A DNA stretch of 64,000 bases. It comes from Chrysomallon squamiferum (lineage: Eukaryota > Animalia > Mollusca). Location: NCBI GenBank assembly GCA_012295275.1, contig CM022674.1:7440001-7504000 (forward strand), written 5' to 3'. The notes under the pieces were generated by a model. The model was not told the DNA's origin, did not search any database, and saw only the letters and a program-made list of their open reading frames with translations. Shown piece after piece: positions 19,481 to 35,310 of the stretch (positions are counted from its first letter, which is position 1; each line of letters starts with the position of its first letter). Both the position numbers and the translations under genes were made by a program.

Positions 19481-20183
19481 ATTCACCTGTTCAGTAATAA
19501 ATGTGAATTACCTAATACCTCTGACACTGAGAACCAGGTAGTCACCTGTGTCATTAATAATCGTACAGGTATTTCTTACCTGGGATAACATAATAGCAGT
19601 GTCTCTCAAAGAATGTGATTAGTAACTGCTACCTGCAGATTGCGGTTAAAGATAATAATTTTACAGGTGTCGCGAATCAGTTTGTCAGGTAAACCAAAAA
19701 ATAGATAAATAATAGATGATTACTCACTATATTTTATATTTTGTGTGTGTGTGTGTGTTTTATTTTTACCTGGATTAATTACCTGTGTCTGATTACACAA
19801 CTAGAAAAACATTACTGCAGTTTGTAAATTAATACCTGTGTGTTGCAATCTTAACTATAATTACATTGGATTGTAATTATTACTTGTTTTTTGTAATGAT
19901 AATTAACGTGTATTAAAGGTAAATGAATAAATTGTTTAATTAAGTGATTAACGAAGTATTTTCTGTCAGTATTAAGTTGTAAAGAAATGTTTTTACAGCT
20001 GTGTGTCTAGAAGTCTGGGTGTGTTTTACTCTTTTTGTTGTTGCCCATTTTAGTCATACTCTTCTTTATAAAGCACTTTATTGACTATGTAACAGATTAT
20101 ACACTTTCATTCTCTGTCTTACTTTCTATATTTCTTTATCCAGTGATAGATATAGATGTAACATTCACACAGCTAAATATATG

Positions 20184-20222
<39 letters not shown>

Positions 20223-20325
20223 ATATATATACATAGGTATGTAGATAAATAGATACATAGATAGATTGATATATAGATATAGGATAGATAAATATATCAT
20301 ACATATACCTTGTAAATTTACATAC

Positions 20326-20373
<48 letters not shown>

Positions 20374-21364
20374 TGTAATTTACACAGCTATAAAGACATG
20401 CAAAACACATACACACATACATACACACACAGTCACACACAATCACACACACACACAATAATACAGAGCTGAAAGAAAGAAGAACTGGAAAAGTAATCAG
20501 TTTTCTTAGACAGTAAATCTGAGAAAGTGCTAGATAAACATGTACGTTTGAAGTTTTTAGTGCGTTACAAGTTCATTATTAATCAATTCGAGGGCTGTCT
20601 CCTCTGACACCCACTTAAACTGTTTTGTTGACATCATACAACTGCAGCTACATCGTTCGCTGTTAGTAAAATAAACCATTTTTACAACTTGAGACTCTAA
20701 CTGTACAGAGTGTGATTTTCAAAGGGAGAAAAAACGAGATCATTTTGTGGTTTAGAATTTCAAAAGTTTCTGTTTTATGAACAGAAAATGATGATGTACA
20801 TTGGCTGTTTTAAAAATCTTTTTTTTTTCCTTTTTTTTTCCCTTCTCTTTGGCTTCATGGTTACAAGAAAAGTGAAAAACCATCTGCAGCAGACTTGAGT
20901 TTTACTTTTTATCTCGCTTTTCTTTGATTACGTCTTGGTTCAGCTGAAATGGCAGTTTATGAATTTTCATATTTTGTTTTTCAAGTATAAAGTTACTGAA
21001 ATTCAAAAAAAACGTTAGTTAAACTTTATGCTACTCTGCATTAGACCATCAGTATCTTTAACCACTCATGCAGACATAACCCAAAAGTCACCCATAACTG
21101 AACACATGTTAATACTCGTTAGTAACACAGCACAAAATACCCAACACTAAAATACCTGCCAGTCTTCCACTGTTAGCAAAATCATGATTAAAACACAAAC
21201 ACTGTTATAAGATTACCTATGACCAAAATGGTCATCCATAACTGAATAGTCACCCATGACTGAACAAAGGAAGTGAGGTTCAAGTTAGTGTGGTAATTAC
21301 ACATTGGAAGACATCTGTTTGAGCGTGGAAAGTGAAAAAGAGGGTAGTCTATAAAAAAGAAATA

Positions 21365-21407
<43 letters not shown>

Positions 21408-22069
21408 AAGCTTATACATATATACACACATACATACATATATATGTATACACACACACAGACACACACACACACACACACAAGCTTATACATATATACA
21501 CACATACATACATATATATGTATACACACACACAGACACACATACACACCCACAGACACACACACACACAGACACACACACACATACACACACTCATACA
21601 TACATATATATGTATGTATACACACACACAGACACACACATACATATACAGACATATCACAGTCCTACATGTATGTAACATAAAATGCTCACTTAACATA
21701 AAACACATGTATAAAGACACATACAAAAACATACACACTTAGACATAATTATATACACATATAAATACAGAAACACATAGAGACACATACAACAGATGGA
21801 AACACAGAGAGACAGACAGACAACTAAACCTGTTTGTGAACAGTATAGAGAGAACCTCTATGACAGAAATTTCTCAAGTTAATAAATGTCTCAGTATAAA
21901 ATTATAACATAACAGTGTGAAATATTTGTTAATATTTATTTCACAAAGACTCAGTATATGTTTTATTCTTACTGCTATAAGTGTTTTGAAAGAATATATA
22001 TATATATATATATATAAACACACACACACATACACACTCATAATTTAATATTAATCTTTCTTTTGATGT

Positions 22070-22226
22070 TGGATATTGTGGATATCTGTTACGAATGATT
22101 AGATATCTGTTATGAGGATTTGATATGTGTTATGGATGACTGAATATCTGTTATGAATGACTGATTATCTGTTATGGATGATTCAATATCAGTCACAGAT
22201 GACTGGATTTCTTTTATGGATGATTT
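22070..22226. repeat. Degenerate ~21-bp minisatellite (GATATCTGTTATGGATGACT-like)
   Basis: About 7 diverged copies. Confidence 0.75.
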
Positions 22227-24371
22227 GTATTATACATTGCTGAGTATCTGCTGAATTGTTAAGTGTCTGACTATATTTCATAATCTACTGTTTGAATATG
22301 ATTGATATATACTAGGTAACTATATATGTGTGTGTGTGTATATATATATATTCATACATAGAAATAAACATACACAAATGTGTGACACAAGATCTCTGTT
22401 TTGTTATTGTCAACGTTTCTGTTACTTTTTAACGAGATAAAAATAAAGGCGTTACTTTCTGTGAATGCATTTGAATTACTCTGTTTTCTACCTGAACGCT
22501 CAGACTGAATTTAAACGTAATTATAATCACGCGATCCTGCAGTGAACAGAAATAATTTACGAATGTGCATGTCTAGTAATACACGTTTGTGATATATCAT
22601 TTATAACTTACGTCTCATTTGCATAATTTATGCACGTTATGTGAAATTTGATTCACACAAGTGAAGACCTCACATTCAGGAAAATGAATTTAAAAAACAT
22701 GATTCACTGTGGCAGTCATGTTTTGTTTGTTACTTGTATAATAAATAAAATCCTTCTGTTGTGTAAAATATGTTGTACTGAATGCTGCTGAAGTTTATTC
22801 CAGTTGTAGCAGATGCAATACTAATTGTAGTAATAGTAGTCGTAGAAGTAGTAATAGAAGTAGTAATAATGGTAGCAGTAGTATCACAGTAGTAGTAGTA
22901 AGAATAGTAATGAAAAAAAAAAACACTACCACAGGATACAAAATAAATCCACATTGTATCTAAAGTAGTGAAAATGTAATTTTCCATTTACACGCATACA
23001 AACAACAAATATGTCTGGATTCAGGAAAATAAGGATACCACAGAAGTAAAAGATGACATATTTCAAAGTGATACAGAAAAGTGTTAATATAGAAATTATT
23101 TTTAATAACTTTATGTTTACCAAAGGTTGAACGTGTTTACACTCAAATATTGTATCAGTTACTTTGTATGGGAAATGTTTAAAGGTGGAGACTGGCTGCT
23201 TTCAGTTGACATCTTTTATACGTTGTGTGGATATTTTAATTTAGTTTCGTTTGAAACATTTTCTCTATGTAGTCACTGAATCAGAAAAATAATAATTTGT
23301 GTTTTGTTTTCTACTTGTGTTAACTATTTTAAACAATGTTTTTTTTTTTTTTTTTTTTTGCTGGTCTTATATCTTTTTTATTTGGCATATGTAAATAAAC
23401 TCACACACACACACACACACATACACACACATATATATATATACACACACACACAAACCCAAGAACAATTGTTGGTTGTTGTTTTTTTGTTGTTTTTTCA
23501 ATCACAGTTGTTTGTTTTGCATTTTGTTAAATTTAAAATGGTTTATTGTTTGTTTGCAGAGTGTGTTTTTTTTTCTTCAAAATTTTATGTATTTTGTATT
23601 AGCTATCTGTTTCAAGTGCTTTGTCTGGTATATATTAAACTGTCAAGTGTTTCACATCAGGAGCCAAAGTGTGAGAGCCCTGTATTTGAATTTAAATAAA
23701 CATGGAGGTGTCAGAAATTTACAACACAAGGATTATTGTAATGTGTTGACAAAAGCCACTATGTTGAAATATTAATGATGTTGCTTATTTAATCTCTAGT
23801 CAAGTGTGCTTAGAGTGCTTTAAGTTACCTGGTCAGTCTACTGTTGGTATGACCATTCAGTTAATTCACGTTCCAACCTCTGCTCGTGTACTGCTTGCTC
23901 AATCAAAGTGTGTGGTATGTGTTCTCCTGTGTGTGTTTGTGATTAAGAATAACTTCAGGTCTTGGTTAAAGTATTTATTTACCCTTTTTATCTTGAGAAG
24001 CTGGTATGAGAAACAATATATTACTGTTTTTATATCTTGATTTAGGTTCAGAGCCAAATGAATGAATGTATGTTTTCTCACACATTTTATATTCGTCTAC
24101 TGCAAGGCAGAAAAAAGGAAATCAGAGGCCTACACTTATTAGCAACAAGCCATGTGGGAAAAATGTTATAAAATTTGGCACTGATTGGATCAAACAAAAA
24201 AGTAAAGGAACAAGATTTGATCCTGAGACATACCACTCCTCAGTTACATACAGCCAGTGTGACCTGTCTGTTCTTACCAGACTGCTCTCTCTCTTTGTTC
24301 TCTGTGTTTTATATGTTACTAACAGGACAGCACATTCCTTTGATATGCAAATCAGTGAACGATGGGTAAAA

Positions 24372-24530
24372 TAACTCAGTGGGTAGACCAGTTTAACTCA
24401 ATTCTTATCTCATTGGGTTAGATCCACAGGACTCAATTATTCAAGTCAGATCTATGACTGTTTTATTCAGCTCATTGAGTAGACTCACACAGCTCACTGA
24501 GTAGACTCAATACTGTAACTCAGTGGGTGG
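24372..24530. repeat. Degenerate tandem repeat (ACTCAnTGrGTAGACTCA-like)
   Basis: About 5 diverged copies. Confidence 0.65.
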
Positions 24531-25471
24531 AGCTTTGTGTTGTCTGTTTTATAACTCACAGTTCTTCCACAACCCATTTTGTTATAAATGATGACTTGGC
24601 AGTATGTTGTGTGAATATGTAGAATGGATATGGTGAGTATGTTTGTGTATATCACAGTATGTAGGTATCTGTTGTATTACATATGTATACTTGTTTGTGC
24701 TATGTTTTTACATGTTTTTACTATAGTTAGTACTCATATATACTGGTTCTTCTTCTTTCTTCTTGTACTCTCTCTCTCTCTCTCTGTTTCTTAGAGGAAT
24801 AGCAAATTTGTCAGAAAAGTACTACTATTTCAAACAAGCAAGTAATTATTATTATTCCTGATAATTTTTTCATTTTTAATTTAAATGCTTTCACATATTT
24901 TCAGTGTGTGTGTGCATTTGTGTATGTATGTATGTATGTATTATTATTATCAGTAGCTGAGAAATAGAGATAAAATATATTTGAAGAAAGAAGTAAATAA
25001 CTGAATGTCTGTTTTACAACGTTTGTTGATGTACACGCAGGGGAACAACAACAACTGTTTTTGAAGTGACCCACTGGACCGTGCAGTATTTCATGGTTGT
25101 GAATATAATCGTGATAAGTAGTAGACTGGTTGTCTGTACAGACCAGCAGATGTGAGAAACCAGTGTAGTCAGGCAAATGTGAAACAGAAGAGTATTTTTG
25201 TTTCATATTTGTGTTATCAACTTGTCATGTGTTTGTTTATTTATGTCTGTTTGTTAGTTGTTTATATATAAAGTACTTGTGTAATCTGTTGAGGTTTTAT
25301 TTATTTAATTCAAATTTTAATTTAATATCATTTGTTTTAATTTAATTTTAATTTTAATTTAATTTAATTTAATTTAATTTAATTTAATTTAATTTAATTT
25401 AATAATTTTATTTTATTTAAACATTAAACAATTGAATTTAATTTAATTTATTAAATAAATAAATAATTCTT

Positions 25472-25502
<31 letters not shown>

Positions 25503-26003
25503 AACTATTCACTATATATATATATTTTATTTTATTTACTATTTATATTTAATTTCGTATTTAAATATTTGGTTTTCATACATCTGTTGTTGTTGAAAAT
25601 ATTTGAGAGAGTTTGTGTTTTGAAAAAACATCTTGAAATAAAAAAATTGTTGATGGATGTTATGAAATATGTGTTAGAGAGCACAGGAGTTTGTGAAATG
25701 TTTGCAGAGTGTCAGATAGATTGATTTTCCACTTCTAGTAACCTATGACTGATTACAGAAGAAAAAAACTTTTTTTTTTAATTTTGAGTCTCAAATATTT
25801 AGTTTCTAATTTATATCCTCATTTCATAGAGATGATAAAAAAAAGAATAATAATAAAATAAATAAATAAGTAAGTAAGTAAATAAATAAATAAATGAATG
25901 AATGAATGAATGAATGAATGAATAAAATAAATATTTATTAAAATAACCATGTTGCTGTTATTATTACTACTACTACCACTACTACTGCAGCCACTACTAC
26001 TAG

Positions 26004-26048
<45 letters not shown>

Positions 26049-27634
26049 GTTGAGTTACAAGACTTTTACATTTAAGAATAAGACGAATGTTTTTCAAAAG
26101 TTAACACTTAGACCTCTGAGTCAAATACTACACGAAACGTCACTCCACATTTCACAACAGCAACAATAGAACTGCTAAACTGTGTAATCCAATACACTTG
26201 TGTAATCCAGACAATGTGATTGTTGGTTTTGTTTTAATTGTTTTGAAAATGACGTCTATGTTAAAAATACAGATTTTTCGGGGTGTTTTTTTCAGTTTGT
26301 GAATGATGTTTGTAAAAATACAACTATTGTGTAACTGATGTTTTTGTAAAATATGATCACTGTGAGAAAATTTAGACAGTTGTTGTTAGACAATAGCTTT
26401 TGTTACAACATTCGGGTAAACACTAATAATTTATGCATTTTTTATGGTTATTTTGGATTCATTTTTTATTTTATTTTATATATACATAAACACCACACAC
26501 ACACACACATATATAGAGTTTAAATTTTTTTTATGCATGGCAATGTAGAAAATCATAAGTGCATTTTAATACATTACTAAAACATACCTCAAAGATACAG
26601 ATACATCAGTTTATCATACAGACATACAAAAGGGATGTACATATACATAATTACTATACTATATATATATATATATATATATATAATCATAAAATGATTT
26701 TACAAGTTGACACTATAGTATAAGAAATGAGAAATTTTTTGTTATTTTATACAGTAATGTTTATACCAGCTTAATTTTGGATACCTTGTTTCCTTGCCTT
26801 TTAAGTTACTCTTTCCCTTTCTTTCGTTCCATTCTATTCTTTTCTCTTTTCTTTCTATCTTGTACTTCTTTCATTCATATATGTCATTCAAACTATTCAC
26901 CAAAATTTGTTTCAGTTAGTACAGGAATTTTTTTTTTAACTCTTTTTGTTTTACTTTTTTTTTTTCTTCCACATTTGGCAGGCATCTGGAAATATTTCAC
27001 TGTATTTGCCTTTCACTCAAAATATCATATTTCTAAAATACTCTGCTGATGAAAGTTAAAGTACTATACACATGTATGTATATAGCTGTATTCACAAGTT
27101 GTTCTTCTGTTGTCAGTTACAGTGCTGCCCAGAGAGAGGGAGGAATTTACAAACCTGATAATTGTTCTAATGGGATTTATGTGTTTGCTGTCTGTGTCCA
27201 TGGCTTTTCAGTGGAATAATGTGAATAAGAAAAGAAAGAATCTTTTTCTTCAGGAATTTTGATTTATTGTTGTGATAAGCAGCTTGTAAGTAAAAATGTT
27301 CGCTGAAGAAGTTATTTCTGTAATTATTATGTACTGAAGAGTAAAGATCAAAAACTAATTCATCCTAATGGCTTTCTCTGTTTTTCTTACTCTCTTTAAC
27401 ATTTTCTGTCTCTCTGTCTGTCTGTATCTCTTACTTACCCTTTCTCTTTCTCTTTTTTATATCTTATGTTTTTCCTCTCTCTCTCTCGCTCACTTTTTCT
27501 TTTTGTCCAACCATACACACACGCACACATACACACACACACACATATATACACACATGCACACACAGGCACATATACACACACACGCACACATACACAC
27601 ACACGCACACACACACACACATACATACACACAC

Positions 27635-27706
<72 letters not shown>

Positions 27707-28533
27707 TTGTAATGTTACATATCTTTTACTTGTTGTCAATGCCATCATTTAACAGTTAAATCATTAATCATTTCATCATTTCTTAACATGTACTAGAAAT
27801 GTGCTTTCTGAAGAATAATTAAACAAACTTTAACAATGTGGAAGGGGGGGGTAAGGGGCAGGCCCTCCCCAACCATCCCCCCCCAAAAAAAAAATCAATT
27901 CTAAACCGTTTATCGCGGAATTGCATTCCTTTCCATTATCGATGCTGTCGATGAAGAAATGAAAGGAATTCAATAACGCCGTCCTCGATGATGTAGTTTT
28001 CAAGAAGAATTCAATCAAGCGTTCATTCATTTCTTCCTAATTCTGCCATGCTTCATTAAATCAAGAAACAAACTGAACACATCAATTAAATGTATAGTAC
28101 TTCCAGGCAAAGAAAGGCGTAATTAGCTTAATATGGCATGAGTGGTGGTGAATACAAGCAGTTATTGCATGATTAATTTGATGTAATTGTCATCGCGGTA
28201 GGTATAATGCATATGTCATGGTGTGGGGAACAGTGGGTACTATGATGTAAGGATACAGTATGTTTGATAGGTGTATGGTTGTTGTATGCGGTACTGTGGT
28301 ACAATGTTGTGAAGGTACGGTCATTACTGTAACTGTTGTTGGAATGTGTTTAATATCTGGTATTTGTATGGGTTACATTTGTATAGTGTCTTTAATGGTT
28401 TTATTTAAAAAAAATTATTTTAGTGCAACATGACAATACTATATTTATGTTTTTACAGTATTTATGTTTGTCAGATATATATAGTATTTGTAATTTTAAC
28501 ATGTATTATACACACACACATACACATGCACAA

Positions 28534-28564
<31 letters not shown>

Positions 28565-29166
28565 CACAGTTTTATTTCAACAGTAATAATGATATGCAGT
28601 GTGCATACAGTATTAGTGTATACAACATATATAGTGATATTAATATTATGTATACAGTATTAATGAAAGATTATTTTTGACATGCACTGTTCAGTTTTAT
28701 GCTCTCTATAATATTGTGCTCTGTATACAACACAGTTATTAACAAACCTGTCATAACTGACCTTCTCATTATTAACCCATTGACCTATCAGAACGTCCGA
28801 TAATCAGATAAGACCTGGGATTTCCAGCCAATCAGAAGTAATCTCTTAGAAAAGCTTGGCTTTATTGAATCAGTGAAGTTATTAAGGATACAATCTTCTG
28901 TTTGTAAAATGTCAGATACTGAATCACTTGTTTGAGATGTGGAAAATTGTCTTATGGCAGTGAAGTTCAATTTATCAGATAAAAACGAAATTGTTTTAGT
29001 ATTAATAATCTTATTTATATACTAATATTACTATTACTGATATTACCACTGCTAGTTTAACTACATTGTAATTACTATTTGTACTGATACGATACTGTAG
29101 TAGTTGTAGTATAACAGCAACAACAGTTTAAGCACAGAGGTCTTCTTCTAGTACTTCTGCTGCTAT

Positions 29167-29199
<33 letters not shown>

Positions 29200-29547
29200 A
29201 ACCACAACTACTACTTCTACTTTTGCTGCTACCATTATTACTGATTACTTTTACTACTTGTACTACTAGTGCTACTGTAAATTAAACTACTACTGCCACT
29301 GTAACAGTGTTACTCTACTGCTACTACTATTATATCTTGTGTTACTACATCAACTACACCTACTACTGTTAACTGCTGCTAGTGCTACTGCTACTATACA
29401 ACTACACTACTACAACTGCTATTACTAACACTGTCACTACTACTACTGCTAATAATAATAATAATGATAACAATAACAACAACAACAACAATAATAATAA
29501 TAATTATTATTATTATTATTAAAGCTTTATTATTATTATTATTGTTA

Positions 29548-29588
<41 letters not shown>

Positions 29589-31029
29589 GTTATTGTTATT
29601 ATTGTTATATTTTTATTATTAAAGCCTTAATCTTTTCTTTGATGTACACATGAACATACAAAAATATCTCAAACAGTATGATGTAATAAAAGGAATATTT
29701 TAGATGTCAAAAAATACATTTTTTAGTTTTGTTACAGTTCAAATATTTATCTAGCTGCTTCTTTTCATTATTGAATAAGATATAAAAACAGGAAAAAATG
29801 TAAATAAAAAAAAAAAAAAAAAAAAAAGGAAAAATTCTTAAATTCTTTACATATAATGCCCTCAAGAAATGTATATAAAAAATAAAAAATAAAAATGCTA
29901 AGCACATAAAAGAGAAACTATTTAATCTATTCATTGTAAGGAAAAGAATTTTTATTGTTTACAAAGATGACAGGTGGTGTGTTTATTTAAAACTTTATTT
30001 TTCTCTTATCTGAACTCAGCAATGTAAGTGATTTCTTAACTTGCTAGTTCTGTCTTGTTATATTCACTAATTTGTAGTTTTTATTTTATTTTATTTTGTT
30101 CTAGTTCTCTACTTTTGTTTATTATTATTACCATTATTAATATATTTTGTTTTCTTCTTCGTATTTACCTTCCTGTGTAAATCTTTTATTTTATTTTAAA
30201 ATAATTTCTCATTGTTAAATTTTATCATCTGTTATGTTATTATAATCTTTGTTTAAAAATAGATTTTTATTTTTACACCTAGTTTCTTCTTTTTAACTTT
30301 TTATTTGTCCTTTTTCTTCCATTCTTCCTTTCTGTTTATTTTTCTTTGTTTTGCTTCTTTTTTTTTCCTTTTACCTTTTTGTCATTTCTTGTTTTAATAA
30401 TTAAATTCTGGTTAGAAGGAAAAACTAGTAATAATGCATTGTCATATATCTATATATACTTGATCTTTCCTTTCTTTACAATACAATACAATACAATACA
30501 AATACAATAATACAAGGTAATAAAACAACACATTACAATTGGATAATAATACAGTAATACAGTATAACAGTTATATAATAAAGTAATATAATAACACAGT
30601 AATACAATAACACAGTAATACAATACAGTAATCTAATACCGTAAAAATAGTTATACAGTAGTTATAATGCACTAGTAAAGTAACATAATGTAGTAATACA
30701 ATATAGTAATACAATATATTAGTTATATAATAAAATAACAGTAATACATACTGTTATACATATAATACAATAATACAGTAATACAATATAGTAATATAGT
30801 AATACAGTATAATAATACAATAATAGAAAATACAGTAATACTATAATACACTACAATAATACAATACAGTAATAATTACAAGTAAAAAATGAAGACATTA
30901 AACATTGGTAGGCTACACAGATTTTGTCTGTTTTTTACCAGCAGCTAAGTACACACCATATTGTCTGTCTGTCTGTCTGACTGTCTGTGTTGTGTTTATT
31001 TTAAACTTGTTTGTCGTATAAATCTGTTT

Positions 31030-31205
31030 TGCTGTTGTTATTGTATAAATATGTTTTGTTGTGTTTATTGTATAGATGTGTTTTTATTGTGTTTATTGTA
31101 TAGATGTGTTTTTATTGTGTTTATTGTATAGATGTGTTTTTGTTGTATTTATTGTTTAAATGTGTTTTGTTGTATTTATTCTGTAGATGTGTTTTTATTG
31201 TATTT
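31030..31205. repeat. ~28-bp minisatellite (TGTGTTTATTGTATAGATGTGTTTTTAT)
   Basis: 5-6 copies, decaying at the edges. Confidence 0.8.
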
Positions 31206-32012
31206 ACTAAACAGAAATGTGTTGTTGTGTAGTTGTATTCTACATACTGTAGTTGTTGTTGTTTGCTACTGTTTGCGTGGTTGTTGTTCTATCTGTCTGT
31301 TTGTCTGGTTGTTGTTCTGTATCTTCATTCTACAGTGTTGCATGCATTCACAAATTCCTGTGAAAACTTCTATAATGTGTGAACTTCTGCTGACCTCCAC
31401 AGTGGTCAAACTGCCCGGTTACCATCTGACAGGCTTGTAATTTATATACTGGTGTCTGTTAACTCCTGTATGTACCAGGTAAGTGTAGAGATATATCTGA
31501 TAGGTGTTAGTTAAACTTGTATATTTACTAGGTAAGTATAGATACATATATCACAGTTATGCATATTTATCAGTTTATATATTAGGTTGGTAATAACAGA
31601 TGTAACAGTAGTAGTATTGTGAGTACTAGTAGTAAACTACTAGTAGTAGCAGTAAAAAAGTAATATATATGTGTGTGTGTATATATATATATATATATGA
31701 GAGTGTGTGTGTGTGTATATATACATATATATATGAGAGTGTGTGTGTGTATATATACATAGATAGATAGATAGATAGATATAGATGCATGTGTGTGTAT
31801 ATATACATAGATAGATAGATAGATAGATAGATATAGATGCATATATGTGTGTATACATAGATAGATAGATAGATAGATAGATATAGATGCATATATGTGT
31901 GTATAATACAGTTGAATCATTTCAGTAAAATTTAAAAAGAAAAGTAATAGCACACACACAAATAATGATGGAAAAAATATGCAATTAAATTATATTTAGT
32001 ATTTTTAAATAA

Positions 32013-32050
<38 letters not shown>

Positions 32051-32116
32051 TATTATTATTACTATTATTATTATTATTATTATTATTACTATTACTATTA
32101 TTATTACTATTATTAC

Positions 32117-32147
<31 letters not shown>

Positions 32148-32193
32148 GCTATTATTATTATTACTATTATTACTATTATAATTATTACTATTA

Positions 32194-32240
<47 letters not shown>

Positions 32241-32934
32241 TAATATTATTATTATTATACTATTATTATTATTATTATTATTACTATTACTATTATTATT
32301 ATTATTATTATTATTATCATTATAATCAGACTGACTGATCCTTGTTAACGTTGCACTTTGAAAAGTTAATCTTGGCTCATTCACACCTGTCAAGTTGGGA
32401 GTGGTGGGTTTAACCCTCAAATGGGGTGTTAATCCACTTGTTGTGTGCCCACAGATCTCAGTCAGAGAGCGTCTGATTGCAGTTTGAGAGTCGAGTTTGA
32501 ACAACCCAGACATTCAGTTTAACAAACTCTGCTAAAACACACACAGTCTTAGATGTGTCTTAAGGTGTGTCTGTCTGTCTGTCTGGGTGCAGTTTTATAT
32601 AAACACAAACACACATACACACACACACACACATAGAGACACACACGTATATAGAGTATGTTAGTAACAGTTCTACTGTCTGTCTAACCACCAATTTTAT
32701 ATTTTTATTTTTCATTCTTACTCTCCTTTTTTTGTTCTGACTTTTTTGTCTCTCTCTAAATAAACTTCTCTCACTGATTCTGTCTTTCTTACTTTCTCAT
32801 ATTTAACTCTTTTGCTCTTTCTATCCACAGTGTTTCTTTCTTCCTTTCTCTCCTGTCTCCTTCACTCATTCCTTCTACTCTGTCCATTCATACTTGCTTT
32901 CTAATGAAAGTGGTATCTTTGTGTCTATATAAAT

Positions 32935-32983
<49 letters not shown>

Positions 32984-33266
32984 TGAAAAGAATTTCCTCA
33001 TACCTAATGTAAGTATAGTGTGATAGATAGATTCACTGACACACACACACACACTCACACACACACACACACACACACACAACATGTACTTCATCTCTGT
33101 CAGAGTGAAAATTGACAGTGAAAAATGAACTTGAATGTATATTTATCAATTTAAAGTTTTCCTTGTATAGAGATTATTTAAGTTATTTAACAGTTTTTGT
33201 TCTAAATACATAGAGAACATGTAAATAAAGTTTGTAATTTGTTAAACATTTTACAAGGTGCTTCTT

Positions 33267-33308
<42 letters not shown>

Positions 33309-33335
33309 ATTATTATTTAAGTACCAATATAAACG

Positions 33336-33403
<68 letters not shown>

Positions 33404-34850
33404 TTTAACAACATTTTTAATACATAGTAAAACATTTAATTTATTTTAAACTGTTAAACTTTGTTACACTTTTTAAATTGTAGAACAAAGTGCTTTTTTA
33501 AGTGCTGGTAAATTTTCAAAGACTTTATTTATTTTTTTAATAATAAATCATCATAATAATATAATAATCATAATAATAATATAATAATCATAATAATAAT
33601 ATAATAATTTAAAATGGGTTCAAGAGAAGTTGGATGCTTGTGGTTAATTTACATATTTGTCGATGTTTGAAGCAGCAGATAATTTGTATATGGCTTGCGT
33701 TTTTGCCTTACGTTGTAGAAAAATGTCACAAAATAATTTTCTTTTTTATGCTTGATGTCGTCTCTTTCCTTTTGAAAGCAAAAAAAAAAAAAAAAAAAAC
33801 CTGTCATTTTCATAATATATAATAAGAAAAATTCTTTTACACTAAAATTAACTTTCCTTTTTACTTTTATTTTTTTTTTAAATTTTTTTAACGACAAACA
33901 GAAAAAAAATTGTTTTACACAAACCAGCACCCATTGGCTTTTTTCAGAACTGTCACTTTTCTGTCACAGGACACAGAGATGAATTTGACTTGGTTTTTTT
34001 TTTTTTTTTTTTTTTGTCACTCAAATCTATCATGTCAGCAGTTAATTGAGGGGGCCGTGGTTGCTAGGGTACTGTGTGAATTTTAAACACACCCACTGCT
34101 TAGCAACCTGACAGGGCGGTGCATTCGTGTAGCTGTGTTTTCATCGTAAAGCGTGTTTTATGTCCAGCCCCATGCTGTGCGTGTTTGTGTTTCGTATTAT
34201 TTGCTAAGTATGTGATTTTCTTTATAAACATTTTAAAGCTTCTATGATAATAAAAGTTACAACATAATGGAGGAGAAACTGGGGTTAATGTAGATTGTTA
34301 ATGTGGGCTGCTCGGCGAACCGGAACAGTATATTTGTTTTATTGCTCATCTATTAATAAATTATGATAATGAGAGATTTTATGTGGTTGGTATTATTTCT
34401 TTCTCCATTTCTTTTTCTTTCTTTCATTCATTCCTCTTTTCTTCCTTTTCTCTTGATTTTCTTCTCTTTTTTTTGTTGATTTTTTCTTTCTTTCTTTTTC
34501 TCATTTTTGTCTTTCTTTCTTACATAATTCACTTTCTTTATTTCCTTTTTTTAGCTTTAAAGACAGTTTTTTTTAAACTGAAATATTTTAGTTATCCATC
34601 TTTGAGTATCGCTGTATTTAATTTATAATTTTTGTGTTATAAACAGTTGTATTAGATTATTTTTGTTTACCTCAGTGTAACACCTAAGACTCAGTGAGTT
34701 GAAGTGTTATTGAACATTGTTTTGTTTTGTCTGAATTAGGAAAATAACAAAAACATACTGTGGTATTTGTTTTGTGCTGTCATTAGAATGATGATGATGA
34801 GGATGAAGTAATAAAAATAAATAATAATGATGGTAATAAAACAAATAGTA

Positions 34851-34885
<35 letters not shown>

Positions 34886-35107
34886 ACAAAAAACAACAAA
34901 CTAACAAACAAATAAATAATATCACTACTACTACTACTACTGCTGCTGCTGCTGTACCTACTACTACTACTACTACTAGTACTACTACTATTAATAATAA
35001 TAATTTAAAAAAAAAAAATTAAATTTAGAAACTTTTTACATTTTACTAAAATGTTTTGCTTTTTGCTTTCTCACCTGTTTTCACTTTTTTTATTTTTTAT
35101 ATTTCAG

Positions 35108-35206
35108 ATCATGCCTTAATGAGTATACACCTGGATTACCTGTTATCTAATTAAGAGTGCAGGGTTAATTGACTGCAGAAGACTGTTACCTGTAATTAAT
35201 GACTTG
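35108..35206 (+). other. Candidate non-coding internal exon (possible GLCE 5'UTR exon)
   Basis: Long T-rich tract ending tatatttcag, 99 nt of unique sequence, then TTG|gtaagt; early stop (ATC ATG CCT TAA). No transcript evidence. Confidence 0.4.
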
Positions 35207-35310
35207 GTAAGTGTTTGTCTTAATTAACCCTTTGTCCTCCACAGCCAGCTGTAGTCATTTGTTTCAAACTGTCAAAAAACTGAACGAGTTTGAAATGAAA
35301 CAGCACCTGT

